Assembly: GCF_018350175.1 (NCBI RefSeq)
Contig: NC_058368.1
Location: forward strand, 158,908,001-158,972,000
DNA from: Felis catus
Lineage: Eukaryota
DNA length: 64,000 nucleotides
Direction of reading: 5' to 3'
Every line of letters starts with the position of its first letter. The first letter of the stretch is position 1. The notes under the pieces are model-generated. The model worked only from the letters and a program-made list of their open reading frames with translations. It did no database searches and was not told the DNA's origin. The position numbers were made by a program, and so were the translations under genes. Of the stretch, positions 1 to 12,903 are shown piece by piece.

Positions 1-659
1 TTAACAATTGAGGAAGGAAGAAATCAAGGCTGATGATAGGACAGTAGGTTGATTCGAAGTGAACTTTTTTCACTGGTACTAATGACTAATTAGAAGTGCA
101 TTTAACCAGCACTTTCTGTAGCGAACCCAGTTCCCCTGGATTAAATTTTGTCTTGTTCCCCATTCAGTCATCATCCTGCCTTTCTCGGGATATCCTAGTC
201 CTTTGGATTTCTACTACCATTTTGACTTCCAGGAGTGTGTCTACCACTATATTCTACTAGTGACTACTGTGCTCCAGCTGCTCCATTGGACCTCCACATA
301 GTAATGATCACCTGAATGAGGCATTATTTTGCCATACCTGTTAATACTGCTGCATACCCCACTGGTTCTTCTTTTCAGGCCAGCTTCTGCTGGTTGAATA
401 AAGGCGCACACACACCCTCCCTAGTGAGATCTGGGAAGCAGATCTCTGCACATTTCCAGATTCCTCTCTTCTTTCCAGCTATCCCTAAGTTACTAAGATC
501 CTAGAATGTCTCATCCAAGAGCTAAGTTTTTGTCAATGTGGTATTTTGAAAAAAAAATTTTTTTTTAGTTTTTCCTGTCCTACATTTTCTTGTAGATAAT
601 TTTTACTTTGAGGTACTTACAGTGCCTTCTGAAGATAAAAATAATGCTTTTGTGGTAAA

Positions 660-1089
660 GACTCTGTTCTCTTCCTGTGTTTATGAAGTAGAGCTATCCC
701 ATCTTCAATGGTAGCTGGCCACATGGCTACCATGAAGACAGATGGCTAACTTCCCTTAGAACATGGTGGGTCCAGACTAAAGTCTGGCCAAGGGGAAATA
801 ATCTTGCAGAAAGTGTCCTTAATGGGATAGGGCACCTTTCTCTCTGTCCTTTTCATCGTATTGAGTGGAATATGGACATGATGACTAACCTAGATCAACC
901 ATCCTGGACCACAAGATAGAAGCAATAGGATAGAAGGAACCTGGAGTTCCCTGTGATTTTGGAACAGCTAATTGAGCTCTGGACTACCTAAGTTTTCATG
1001 AGACTGAAATAAATTTTCCATCTTCTTTATCATGTGGATATTTTGGGTTTTTTGTCACTCATAGTGAAATCTAATCCCAAACTGATACA
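660..1089 (+). mobile_element. MaLR LTR (MLT1I/J/K-like), old
   Basis: Motifs GATAGAAGGAACCTGG, CTCTGGACTACCTA, GAAATAAA and terminal CTAATCCCAAACTGATACA typical of MLT1. Confidence 0.65.
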
Positions 1090-2617
1090 GTCTATATTAC
1101 TTATTTGCTTCGTGTCTAAATGACTCTGAATTAACAACTAAGGTATATTAACATTTCTATTTTACAAGGAAAAACCTCCCAAGAGTCTTACTCTTTCTGA
1201 CATCTCTATTTTCTAATAGTGTTAATGTTGTGTTAACGATGTATTTTTTTGAGTTTAGGTTAAAAAATATTCTAGTTTTGTAATTACAGTGGCTATTTTT
1301 CATTGTTCTATAACTTATTTTGAGCTTCTAAATTCTAATATATTTTTAATTTACCTACAGATTTTTTTTTTTACCTACAGATTTCTTATTTTCTTCCATT
1401 ATGCTGCTGGTTCTTCTCTCCTTTTTGTCTTCACTTATTCCTTCTCCTTCTCCATTTACTTAGGAAAATTTTTGTCAATTTTAAGAGAATCCTTTTTAAA
1501 ACAGGTAAATAAAACAGTCTGGGCAAATACCTGGGGTGCTACCATTTCAGCGTTTTCATACACACCTTTGAGGACCCCCATTCTGCCCTGGCAGTGATCA
1601 TGGTGACAAGCATACAGAGCGGGCTCTTTTTAATTGAAGAGTGGCTGTTACCCATTCACTCCATTCCTAAGGATTAAGTCCTGAGTACTTTAACGGATAC
1701 TCCCTTTGGGTACAATTATTTATTAAACACTTTCAAGTGTTTTAGCAATACTAGATGTGCCTTGAACAAAGACCTCTGCCCTCTGTGTTTTTGAACACCT
1801 CAAAAAACAGTTCATTTGTTATTCAAGAAGAACAGAAAGGCAGAGAAAAGTAGTCTCTGAGCCTGAGCCAAACTCTGCCCTGTTGTATTTCCTCATCTTT
1901 TAACTTCAAAGACCTAGGGAAGGGTGGTTCCACATGGTGGACATTGTGCTTGGGTCAGTTTTAGTGCCATGTCTGAGACTTACTAGGGAAAGCCAAGAGC
2001 AGAATAACTAGTACTTCTCTTGGGAACAGCTATTACTCAGTATGTCATGTGTGTGACCTTATATGAAAAACACCAGTCAGAACAATGGACAATGTTTTCC
2101 AACAACAATTGTAGAAATTACAAAATGTTGTTTATTTGGATGAGTACTGCTAATAGCAACATTTGATTTAAAAAATGAAGACAATGAGGTTTAAACTATT
2201 ACCGAAAGGATGTTTAAACTACCTTTGTGAGAAACATGCTTATAACTTTCTGGTCGTCTACCTTGGTCCAGGAAGGAAATTTTAGAATATCTTGTACAGC
2301 TATGGATCATGTGTCCTGGACTACCCACTCTCGCTGATGTTTGCTAGACCTACCAGGACAAGTTAAATACTCATGTGAGATCCCTAAACACTAGCAACTT
2401 TTGTAGTTGTGTGGTTTGACTGCTTGATAAAATGCTGAAAACTTTTACAACAGAATGAGGAAATTGTTCAATGGGAATAAAAAGTATCTCTGACAAAAGG
2501 AGAAGAAACTCATATTTGGTTGTCTACTGGTCTGCCCTCAACTTCACCTCTAGTTTCTAGTATAGGAAGTGGAAGAAGTGAGTTGAGACTAGTGTTTGTG
2601 GTTAATCTTTCCTTTTT

Positions 2618-2831
2618 AAAAAAAAATAACATTTATTTGGTTTTGAGAGAGAGGCAGAACATGAGCAGGGGAGGGGAGAGAGAGAGAGAGAGAGAGAGAG
2701 AGATACAGAATCTGAAGCAGGCTCCAGGTTCTGAGCTGTTAGTACAGAGCCCGATGTGGGGCTCGGACTCTGGAACTGGGAGACCATGACCCTATCCGGA
2801 CAGTCAACTGAGTGAGCCACCCAGGTGCCCC
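2618..2831 (-). mobile_element. CanSINE (SINEC_Fc-like)
   Basis: tRNA-derived head (rc GGGGCACCTGGGTGGCTCA), (GA)n linker; TSD AATCTTTCCTTTTT at 2604-2617 and 2833-2846. Confidence 0.93.
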
Positions 2832-2895
2832 AAATCTTTCCTTTTTTCAAAATAGGTTTTATCTTCCTTATTCTTTTATCCAATCATTTCATTTA

Positions 2896-3121
2896 TTTTT
2901 TTAAATTTTTTTAACGTTTATTCATTTTTGAGACAGAGAGAGAGCATGAATGGGGGAAGGTCAGACAGAGAGGGAGACACAGAATCTGAAACAGGCTCAA
3001 GGCTCTGAGCTGTCTGAGCTGTCAGCACAGAGCCCGACACGGGGCTCGAACTCACAGACGGCGAGATCATGACCTGAGCCAAAGTCGGACACCCAACCAA
3101 CTGAGCCACCCAGGTGCCCCC
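2896..3121 (-). mobile_element. CanSINE (SINEC_Fc-like), young
   Basis: Complete body with retained CpGs; TSD AATCATTTCATTTA at 2882-2895 and 3122-3135; internal CTGAGCTGT tandem duplication near 3005-3022. Confidence 0.95.
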
Positions 3122-3139
3122 AATCATTTCATTTAGTTT

Positions 3140-3890
3140 CCTTTCTTTTTTATTGTGGTAAGAACATTGAACATGAGCTCTATCCTTGGAACAATTTTTG
3201 TTGTTTATTTTTGAGAGAGAATACACGTGTGCCTGTTGGGGGAGGGGAAGGGAGAGAAGGAGGGAGGGAGGGAGAGAGAGAAAAAGAGAGAGAGTGTGTC
3301 CCAAGCAGGCTCCATACTTTCAGCTCAGAGCCCAATGCAGGTCTTCATCCCATGAACCTTGAGATCATGACCTGAACTGAAATCAAGAGTCAGAAGCTTA
3401 ACTGACTGAACCACCCAGGCAACACTCAACACATTTTTAAGTGCATAATTCAGTATTGTGAACTGTAGGCACAATATTGCACAGCAAATATATAGAACCT
3501 ATTCATTAACTGTATGTCCATAGTATATAGGTACATAGTTGCATACTGCATAGCAATTCCTTGTTTCCCTGTCCCCCAGCTCCTGGCAACCAGCATTCTA
3601 TTCCATGTTTCTAAAAGTTTGACTCTTTTAGATAACTCACATAAATGGAATCATGCAGTATTTGTCCTTCTGTGACTCACTTATTTCCCTTAGCATGATG
3701 TCCTTTTGGTCCATCCATATTGTCATAAATGGTAGGATTTCTTTATTTTTTGAGGTGAATAATGTATGATTGTATGTATATGCCATGTTTTATTTATCCA
3801 TTCATCTGTTGAGGAATACTTAGGTTGTTGCTATAACTTGGCTACACTGAACATGGGAGTGCAGATATCTTTTGGAGATTCTAATTTCAA
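3140..3890 (-). mobile_element. Old L1 3' fragment (L1MA-like) interrupted by a CanSINE
   Basis: CCCCAGCTCCTGGCAACC...GGAATCATGCAGTATTTGTCC...TTTATCCATTCATCTGTTGA are L1 3'-end hallmarks, similar to 18760-18990. Confidence 0.85.
3196..3421 (-). mobile_element. CanSINE
   Basis: GAGATCATGACCTGAACTGAAATCAAGAGTCAG core, purine-rich linker, T-rich tail. Confidence 0.9.
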
Positions 3891-4489
3891 TTTGACATGG
3901 TTGATCTTTCATTTCTTAAATTCTGCTACTCATCAGATAAAACTGTTTCCCCACGTACTGTTTTCTTCTGCTTTTCTGTAGGTAGTAAGCTAGGGTGGGA
4001 AGAGAGAATTGCAATTCTTGTCACTTATCTTCAGTCTCACATTTACCATGTCCTGAGATGCCTCACTGCTGTCACTTGAGCCCACTGATCTCATTCTCAG
4101 GAAAAGAAATGATATTAAATGTATCTTTAGAACAGATATAACAGTCCCCCACCCCTTATATTTCTCATATGAGGAAAAAAAAATTAAAAAAAACTGTGTC
4201 TCTACACTTGTCTTAGGGGCTTTAGGCTGAATAAGACTTTACTGCACTGAAGAATCTTAGTCCTACCTGGCATCCTTTACCAAGAAATAGTCATCTACAT
4301 GTGGGGATACTCAAGTACCTTACATACGCAAAGGTAGCTTTTCATGTTACGTCTCTTTCACTTGGAGGGTCCTTGCTAGTTATATGGCTCCAGAGGGACT
4401 TCTGAGTAGTGATTTCAGTGCTGACTGCTGGGGACAGGCATGGACCAGGGTCATGCCATCTGGGAGAATTGCCCTAGTAATATGTTTAT

Positions 4490-4640
4490 TTAAATAATGC
4501 CTACCTTCCCTGAGGACTGTACATTCCCTGAAGTCAGGAATTGTGTCTGCCTTACTCACATTGTCACTCTTAATGCGTAGCACTGTTCTGACATATAAAT
4601 AGGTGCTGAATCAATTTCATTTTTTGAGTGAATGGATTAT
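4490..4640 (+). mobile_element. L2 3' end fragment
   Basis: TAGCACTGTTCTGACATATAAATAGGTGCTGAATCAATTT...GAGTGAATGGA resembles the L2 terminus. Confidence 0.55.
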
Positions 4641-7030
4641 TCTAATGGCAAACTGTAGAAGGGCCCTTTAACTTTCTAGAACAGCAATTTCCAATAAAGC
4701 ATCAGACAGCAATGTAGGGATAAAGGGCAACCGTAGCATATAAGCAGTTGTCCTTTGTTATAAAAATATTTTTTCCTTTCCAGTTTATGTATAAATTAAG
4801 TTTTTTCTATAAGAAATGACCAACCGAAGGAAATCATATTAGTAGTATTTAGAAGAATAAGACATACTATACATAGATGGATTTCTTTTAACCGTATGTA
4901 TTAAACTCGATCAAGCATCTGGTAAGGTATATCAGAGTAAAGCATTCTTAGCATACCCCAATTCTTGTTTACTTATTACTGTTTACTTTAAGTTTATATG
5001 GCCCCCATATAAAGCATCAAGATTTTTGAAATTCAGTCACTTTATGCGACATCATTCCGTTTTAGCTACTACACATGTTAGCTATGCTAATCTTTTTCAA
5101 CCTGATAAAGGAAACAAGACAAAGCAAAATCTGCCTTTATAGGCAGCTTCATCTGAAAAAAGCCCCAGATTACTAAGATTACCTAGCAACTACATCTATG
5201 AACAGGATCTGTTAGATTTTCAAAGTCTTTGCTGAAAACGTTGAATTATTTTTCCATTTCTCACAGTGTAATAATTACTTTTGTCCCCAATATCAAAATC
5301 GCTTAATAAAAAATTCCAAAGACTGGCAGCAATTAATTTGCTCAGTTGATCTTATCAAAGTGAGAAAATTTCCCTCTTTTAGTCTTGCCCCATATCACAT
5401 CCACATCTTATAAATAATTATTCAAAAAATTCTAAATAAAACTGTTTTTAAAAACCAGTTGTACTGCACAGTGGTTTCCATCTTTAGTGTTATGTCAATA
5501 TTCCACTATCAGCTATCATTTAATAAGAACAGGACCAGTGCTTCCTACTTAGGAGTGATAAGCAGTCATTAAAGAATTGAACATGAAAAAGGGTAAAACC
5601 CAGAATATCTCTAGAGATATTTCCTTTTATGACGAGCACTGCTTCCTTCGCTCAGTTGTAATTTTATCCATTTAGGCTCAACTTAATAAGGCCCTGATGT
5701 TACATATGAAAGATCAAATTATATAACCACCTTTATTAGGCCAAGTTCTCAGGACAAGCCTTCTAGCTGAGAAATGAGAGACATAGGCTCCTTTTGCCCT
5801 TAATGCTGGGGGCAAATATAAACCACAGTGGAAAGGGCAGCAACTTGAAATTTGCAAGATTTTTTAATGGCAGAATTAAGCATTTTATTACTCACTAAAA
5901 CTGAATTAAGTAGCTTTTGAGGGAGAAAAAACAGTATGATTAAAAAAAAAAAACCCTAAACCTACCAACATATTTGTGGATGCTTGATAGGAACCCATGA
6001 TCCTTTGTGTGGTGTTTCTGAAGGAGCCACTAGCAAAGCTTATTAGAACATCAAGTCCTGACATAATGACAGGACCTTATCACTGGTTCCTGATAGGTAG
6101 GTATGTGACCTTGGCCTTTATTCCCAACCTGCTATGGAACTCAACTGCCACTGGCATGTGCAAAAGGAAATTTGCGTAGCATGTTTAAAAAAATATTTTT
6201 AGATCTCACCTAATTAGGAAAAAAAGATCATGTAAATTCTATTGGTTAGTTCTGAGTAATTTATAGGGTTTGTTCAGTACATTCATTCATTGCTTTCACA
6301 TGTTAGTGGTTATCCACCCACTGTTCCCTCTGAATTGCATCTTAACAAGATTATGCTCCTTTTTCTAATTTATTGAACTAGCATGGAATATATTTATATA
6401 AAAATTAGCTGCTTAAATACTTCCTTGATGAAAAACATAGCTGTTGTAACTTTATTATGAGTTTTAATCAGGGAAAAAAATGACCTTTGAAATTTTCTTC
6501 TATCATTTTATATTTTGTGTGTGTGTGCTTCTCTCTCTTTATATGATTAGAAATCTTTGTGATTTAATTAAATTTTAAATAGAAAACATGTGACAGGACA
6601 GTAAAAGTTTATTTTGAAAGAAAAATCTTAAGGAACCAGTTCATAAATTAATGTGACTAACAGAAGACCTGTTTTCTCTGAAAACACTAATTCTTCCAGC
6701 ACATTATATCTACTTCATAATACAATACATTGCGACTTTATTTTGATTTATAAAAAAAATCCTCTGAAGTGATTCCAAAAATGCCCTGCACTTAGTTTCT
6801 TTTGATGCAAGGTTCCAAGCCTTTTGGGGATCCACTGTAATTGTTGACAGTCAAACAAGTACCTCTTCCTACCCTGCCCCAAATACAGACTTATGAAGGA
6901 AGATGTGTCTCTGATAAGAGAAACCACTTTTTTACTTGTGGCAGTTTTAAGATTATAAGAACCTGTGGGCTAGAAGGAAGGTTTCAAGAAACTGGTACCT
7001 CTTAAAATTTATAAAAATATAAGGGAGCTG

Positions 7031-7089
7031 CTCTGTCTGTCTCTGTCTCAAAAATAAATAAAACGTTAAAAAAAAAAAATTAAAAAAAA
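7031..7089 (+). mobile_element. Extremely 5'-truncated CanSINE (tail only)
   Basis: CTCTGTCTGTCTCTGTCTCAAAAATAAATAAAACGTTA(n) flanked by TSD AAAAATATAAGGGAGCTG at 7013-7030 and 7090-7107. Confidence 0.9.
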
Positions 7090-7105
7090 AAAAATATAAG
7101 GGAGC

Positions 7106-7519
7106 TGTAAAAAAAATTTTTTTTCCTTGATCCTAGTAGGGTCCCTGGCTGGGTCTGAAAATTAAGTTAACAAAGACAGATTAACAGGAAAAAAAACATA
7201 CAAATATATTTAATGTAAGTTGTATGTGACATACAAGCTTTTTTAAGTGAATGAAGAAATGGTTAAATGTGATTATTTTGATACTAGGTTTGATGAACAG
7301 TGGACAGTTGTGGAGAAATATGATAGGGAAAAGAGTATGAGGTAAATGTAGTAAACTGGGAGGAAGTTAACAGGGTGTGTGCATTCATATTGTTCTTTCT
7401 GTCCTTTTGTCTTGGAGATAAGGATGAGGATCTTAAGATCTATTTCAGGGAAAGGTCAAAGAATCCTTCCTGAATGCCAAGGTACCATGTTTGGGAATAC
7501 TGGGTCTTGAACTTCATCA
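7106..7519. mobile_element. Solo ERV1-type LTR (MER34/LTR39/carnivore-LTR-like)
   Basis: TG...CA termini; GGCTGGGTCTGAAAATTAAGTTAACAAAGACAGATTAACAGG and terminal GCCAAGGTACCATGTTTGGG...CATCA motifs; no clean TSD seen. Confidence 0.65.
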
Positions 7520-7876
7520 AAAAGTCACTTGTGGATGCTGCTAAATGAGTAGTTTCAAGCCCCAGCAGCAAAGATGCTGATCCAGCAGATGTGGATGAGA
7601 GTATGAGAATATTAAGTACCCCCAAGAGATCATGCTGTCCCAGGAACCACACTGAGAATGTAGAGAATGCTTATTCAGTTACTAATGAAATTATTCATTT
7701 TTTTTGACAACATGGTAACCAGTTAAAGTTAGGTCTATTTAAAGAAAGAAATTACAGTATAGTATGCTTGCTTGTGATTGTTTCAACTTAGAGCTGGCAC
7801 CAAGCCAAAATTTGAGGTTAAAAGAGAAGGAAGACAGGGAACATAAAAGGGATAGTTTTGAAATGCAGATACTTTT

Positions 7877-7981
7877 TCTTTTTTTTTTTTTTTTAATTAA
7901 GCTCTGTACCCAACATGGGGCTTGGACTTAAAATCCTGAGATCAAGAGTTACCTGCTCTACTGAACCAGCCAGGTGTCCCT
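7877..7981 (-). mobile_element. Short CanSINE variant
   Basis: Poly(T) followed by CCCAACATGGGGCTTGG...GAGATCAAGAG...CCAGGTGTCCC. Confidence 0.85.
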
Positions 7982-8299
7982 GGCTGGCATTTTTTGTTCT
8001 TGTTGATATATCAAAAATGGTTGGCATTAGAGGTATTGTGTTTGAGAAGTATAGATAATTGAAGAGATTAATTGTCATAAACATTGCCAATTTGCACCAT
8101 TTCATCATGCAGTTATTCCCTCCAAACCCTAAAGGTGACACATGGTTTTCTCCTTACGTGGTTTTTCAGAGCCAGCTGGGCATGTAACAAGCAGGGGTGG
8201 AATTACATGTTTTTTTTTTTCCCCAAAGAAATAACTATTGAACCTTAGAAGGAAATGGAAATCATGTATTACAGTTGTCTTGTTTAACATAAGAATCTG

Positions 8300-8860
8300 A
8301 TTTGTAGAGTGATTGTTTCTCCAACTTCCCCAGAAAGCATAGAGCCAGGGGCGAATGTTTATGTGATACTAATTTGTTGTGGAGGAGTACAATCCCAGGG
8401 AAGCCAAATGTGGGAGAAGAGCAGAGCAGGAGGGAATGTATTACCCAGATAGCCATCTCGTGGTACCAAGTTAAACTGATTGCTTGATTTTGCAGGACCA
8501 TATTCTGAGAGGACATATGAACAAATGTTTCTGAAAACCGTCTGCCCAGGGGTAGAAGAGATGAAATTTTCCCCTGGCTTTTACCTCTCAGTGGTCAAAA
8601 CTTTGTCCTATAGGTGTCAATCCTCCTGTATTTCTAGGCTGCATACTTTACCAGCAATAGAGAAACCGTGGGGCAGGAAACCAGAGTCCTCTGATACAAA
8701 GGAAACTAGCAACTTTGTTTTCCTCTGAAGTTGGTGGCTCTGTGGAGCTCATGCAATATTTGTTGCCTTGGCAATGACTAGAGTAAAACATGTGGCCCGG
8801 GACCTTAGAGGCAAGTGATGCAAGAGGATTTTAGGAGACACAAAAAAATCTGATCCAGGA
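8300..8860. mobile_element. Old ERVL-type LTR (LTR16/LTR33-like)
   Basis: TTCCCCAGAAAGCATAGAGCC...AATTTGTTGTGGAGGAGTACAATCCCAGGGAAGC pattern. Confidence 0.5.
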
Positions 8861-9588
8861 ACCTTCTCTGTAGTTATGAGACATATTTAAAAAAACTCTG
8901 ATCATAATTTTTTAGCCATGGCACCTAAGAAAAGGGAAAGTAGGTGACTTATATATTGATAATTTGTCTCCAGAAAAATTGGTTTATGTTCTTAAAAAAG
9001 GAAGCAAATAGCAGATGGCAGGTAACTGAAAAATCCTTCTGATTAAAAAAAAAAAATTAAAAAACTGAATAAAAAGCCAACATGCCTTTACATATACCAC
9101 TAAACATGTGAGAAAGGAAGGACACATCAAACATAAGTAGGAAATTTGGGTTATCAGAAGACATCATTAAGAGATTGAAATGGCAAGACAATGAAGAAGG
9201 TAAAATATTTTACAACATAAATAACCAAAAAAGTACTTATATCCAGAATATATTTTAAAAAAAAGTCATACAAAACAAGTTCTAAAAAAAAAAGATGAAA
9301 AACAAAATGGGCAAGAGTCTTGATTTTTTTTTCCCCAAAGATAATGCCCAAGTATCCAATGAGAATATACAAATGTGTTTTGTAAACAGGGCTATGTAAG
9401 TTAAACTGGAAATGAGATGTCAGCATACACTTGTGAGAATAGTTAAAATTTAAATAAGATTTATAATGGTGACGCTATGAAATAGCTGGAATTTGTACAC
9501 GACTGATTTGCTGATGGTGTGCATTAACATGATTACTCTAGAACACTGTATGTCTATATTTCCTGACCCTGAATAAATAAAAAAAATC

Positions 9589-9710
9589 TATATGTATGTA
9601 TGTATATATATGTATATATATGTATGTATATGCATGCATATGTATGTATATATGTATTTATATATACATATATATATACATACCTGCACGCATGCACACA
9701 CATACACATA
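9589..9710. repeat. (TATG)n/(TA)n/(CA)n compound microsatellite
   Basis: Directly visible. Confidence 0.9.
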
Positions 9711-9792
9711 AGCATGGGAAGACATACACAAGAACATTCAGAGAAGCTTTATTCATTTAAATATAATGGATAAATAAATTGTGCTGTAGCCT

Positions 9793-10240
9793 TGTGAGGG
9801 AGAAAAACTTACTTTATATCCTTTTATTTCAGTATTTGCAGGACTGTGGATTAAACTAAAAGACAGATCAGCAAGAGAAAAGACAATTATTATTTACATA
9901 TGTAACTGGGAGTTCATAGAAAAATGTGGCTCAGGTGGTTAGATTGATGGCTTAACTATTATCTTAAGAGGGAAAGTGAAGGGGGGAGAAAGAGTGTTTA
10001 TAAGAAAATAAATGGTTTTAAAAAAGACAAATAGGACTTTTAGAGAATAGATGGTAAATATAATAGTTTTGTGACAATGTCTACTTAGGTGCTTTCTTAT
10101 CCTGAGTTGTTTCTGGTGGTAGAAGTCTGTTTTCCCTGATTGTGACTCTCTGAGAGAGGATTTATGATGGTTGAATTCTTTAAGGAGGCTCTGTTTTTAG
10201 GCAGATAAGGAAAGTAAAGGAAAAATAAAAACTCTTCACA
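9793..10240. mobile_element. Solo ERV1-type LTR nested in the old L1
   Basis: TGTGAGGGAG...CACA termini; AAAAGACAGATCAGCAAGAGAAAA motif related to the LTR at 7106-7519; L1 sequence resumes after it. Confidence 0.55.
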
Positions 10241-11784
10241 GTGTTATATTCTGTATCTCTTCTGTATTCATGCAATTAAAATGAATACACTATTCCTACC
10301 GCGACAACGTAGTTAAATCTCACAAACATAATGTTGAATGAAAAAAGCTAGATAAAAATGAATGTATATAGTGAGATGAGTACACATTGTATAAAAAATT
10401 GTACTAAAAATTAACAATATATTGTGTGAGAATTCAGTATAGTAGTGGTTTCCATTTGAGAATTTAGTAATAGGAAAGAGCAAGTGGGAGTTCCTCTGGG
10501 GTACTAGTAATATTCTTTATTTTGATACTGGTTATCTGTATGTGTCCATTTTCAGAAGTTCACTGAGCTATACACATAATTTATGCACTACTCTATCTAT
10601 ATTTTACAGTGCAAAAATAAGTACCAAAAACGGAATATGTACGCTTATTAATTTGTTACTTGTGATAATGTTGTTAGGCATGAAATAAATGTTTTTTTTA
10701 TTTTCAGAGTAGAATACTTAGGTTTTTTGGAATGGATGTCAAGATGCTTTTCATTTAACATGCAATACTATAAAAACAAGAAAGTATATTTTTAAAAGTT
10801 ATGAGTAAGTATTAAATACCTATCTTTAGTGAATAAGAAAAAAGGGAAAACAATTTATTGAGCATTTGTACAAAATGAGCATTGTCTAGCAAAATAGTGC
10901 ATATCAAACTGATGAAAGAGGAAATATTGAAATCATCCTATAATCACTTAACAACTTTATCAGTGGTTAAATATTAATGTATCAAGTTTCTAATCACCAG
11001 ATTTTTTTTTTACCACCAGATTATTTTTAAAGAGAGTTTTACAAATTGTTTCAGAGAAAATTCTAATCTTAGACAAACCCTTCCACAGAATAAAACAAGG
11101 GAATATTCCTGGAATCACTTGATCGGGCTAATATAATCTTGATACCAAAACCAGATAAAAGAATTTAAAATTAAAAATTTAGGGGACATCATGAAGATGG
11201 ATGAAAAATCATGAAAGCAAAATAAGCTGACAAAATCTAACAAGACATATACATACATGTATACATGAAGGCCCATTCAGGTGTATACAAGAACTTGAAG
11301 AGGGTTTAACAAAGCATCTTTGAATATGGTCATCTTCATAGAAGCATTTAATAAAATTTAATACTTATGCTTAAAAACAGATTGGACAACAATAAATCTT
11401 AATATCATACCACAAATAGAAGGAAAATTTCTTACACATCTTAAAAATTATCAAGGTTATCTTTGAAACTACAGCAAAACACATAATTAAGAATGAAATG
11501 ATTGAATCTTTTTTTTTTTTTTCAAAACAGAAACGAAGCTACAGTGCTTTCTGTCACTGCTTCCATTCATTTTTGGAGGTCTTAGGACATGAAGACAAGA
11601 AACATATATAAAAAGTATATAATTAGTATAGTAGAAACATGAGGAGAATATTGTTTTCAAAGAAAAAATCAAGAGAATCTACCAAATAAAATTGGTAGGA
11701 GAGTTTATCAGAATGCTGTTTTAGGATTAATGTAAAAAAAAAATTCTAAAACCAGTAGCAAATATTTAAAAGTATATTTAAATA

Positions 11785-11886
11785 GGCCGGCTCAGTCAGT
11801 AGAGCATGTGACTATTGATCTTGGGGGTGTGAGTTTGAGCCTCATGCTGGGTGTGGAGATTACTTAAAAATAAAATCTTAAAAAAA
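11785..11886 (+). mobile_element. Short CanSINE variant
   Basis: GGCTCAGTCAGTAGAGCATGTGACT...GAGATTACTTAAAAATAAAATCTTAAAA. Confidence 0.88.
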
Positions 11887-11946
11887 TATATACATTAAAA
11901 TACATTGTTTAAATTGGTGACTAAAATGGTAAGATAACCAGATTTA

Positions 11947-12350
11947 TCTATTTATTTTTTAAATGTTTGTTTATTTTTGAGAGAGAGAGAGAGTGGAGGG
12001 GTGGGCAGAGAGAGAGAGAGAGTATCTGAAGTAGGCTTTGCACTGACAGCAGAGCCCCCTAAGCAGGGCTCCAACTCACTAATTGTGAGATCATGACCTG
12101 GGCAAAGTCAGATACTTAACCAGTTGAGCCACCCAGGTGCCTCTTTATTTATTTTTAAAGTTTATTTATTTAGAGAATAAAATAGGGGGATGGGAAGAGA
12201 GAGAGAGAGAGAGTCCCAAGCAGGTTCCACTCTATCAGAGCAGAGCCCAAGCCATCCATACTGGGGGCTCAATCTCACAAACCATGAGATCATTATCTGA
12301 GCCAAAATCCAGAGGCAAGCACTTAAATGACTGAGACACCCAGTCTCCCC
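11947..12350 (-). mobile_element. Two tandem CanSINEs (11947-12141 and 12143-12350)
   Basis: Two complete bodies; degenerate TSD AAGATAACCAGATTTA / AAGATATCTAGATTTA flanks the pair. Confidence 0.9.
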
Positions 12351-12654
12351 AAGATATCTAGATTTAAATCAAAGGTGTGTGAATCTTGTGTAAAGAAGAT
12401 AATAAATATTTTCTGAAATATGTTAGAGATACAGCATTTATTATCCTAAAGATGTCAATTATCCCCCCATTTAATGTTACTTTTATTTCAATTTCAATAA
12501 AAATACCAAAAGGTGTTTTTTGTGTAAAACAGGTTGATTTTAAAACCTATTTGGATTAAAAAAGAAAAAAAATGAAAAAACTCGATTTTTCAGAATAACA
12601 GGGAGACTTAGCTTAGAAGACAATATTAATTGTGATAGAACTGTAGTAATTATA

Positions 12655-12822
12655 GCACCCAGGTGGCTCAGTTGGTTAAGTACTCTGCTGGTTAAGTGTT
12701 CAACTCTTAATTTTAGCTCAGGTCATGGTCTCGAGCTTCATGAGTTTGAAATCCTGTGTTGGGCTTTGTGCTTCTTGGGACTCTCTCTCCCTCTCTTGCT
12801 GCTCCTCCACCCAATATGCACA

Positions 12823-12883
<61 letters not shown>

Positions 12884-12903
12884 GATAAACTTAAAAAGAA
12901 AAA
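12655..12903 (+). mobile_element. CanSINE with expanded (CT)n
   Basis: CAGGTGGCTCAGTTGGTTAAG head with duplicated TGGTTAAGT; long (CT)n at ~12826-12882; TAGTAATTA on both flanks. Confidence 0.9.

Larger units (their letters stand above)
9060..10625 (+). mobile_element. Ancient L1M 3' region, interrupted by a microsatellite and an LTR
   Basis: Degenerate ORF2-end/3'UTR motifs AAAATGGGCAAGAG, AATGGATAAATAAATTGTG and AATCTCACAAACATAATGTTGAATGAAAAAAGC. Confidence 0.7.

Noticed and set aside
2520..3304. ORFs of 89-128 aa resembling many database 'hypothetical proteins'
   Set aside because: Translations of CanSINE bodies (e.g. GTWVAQ...SGSVLTAQ); the same applies at 15487, 55393 and 56209.
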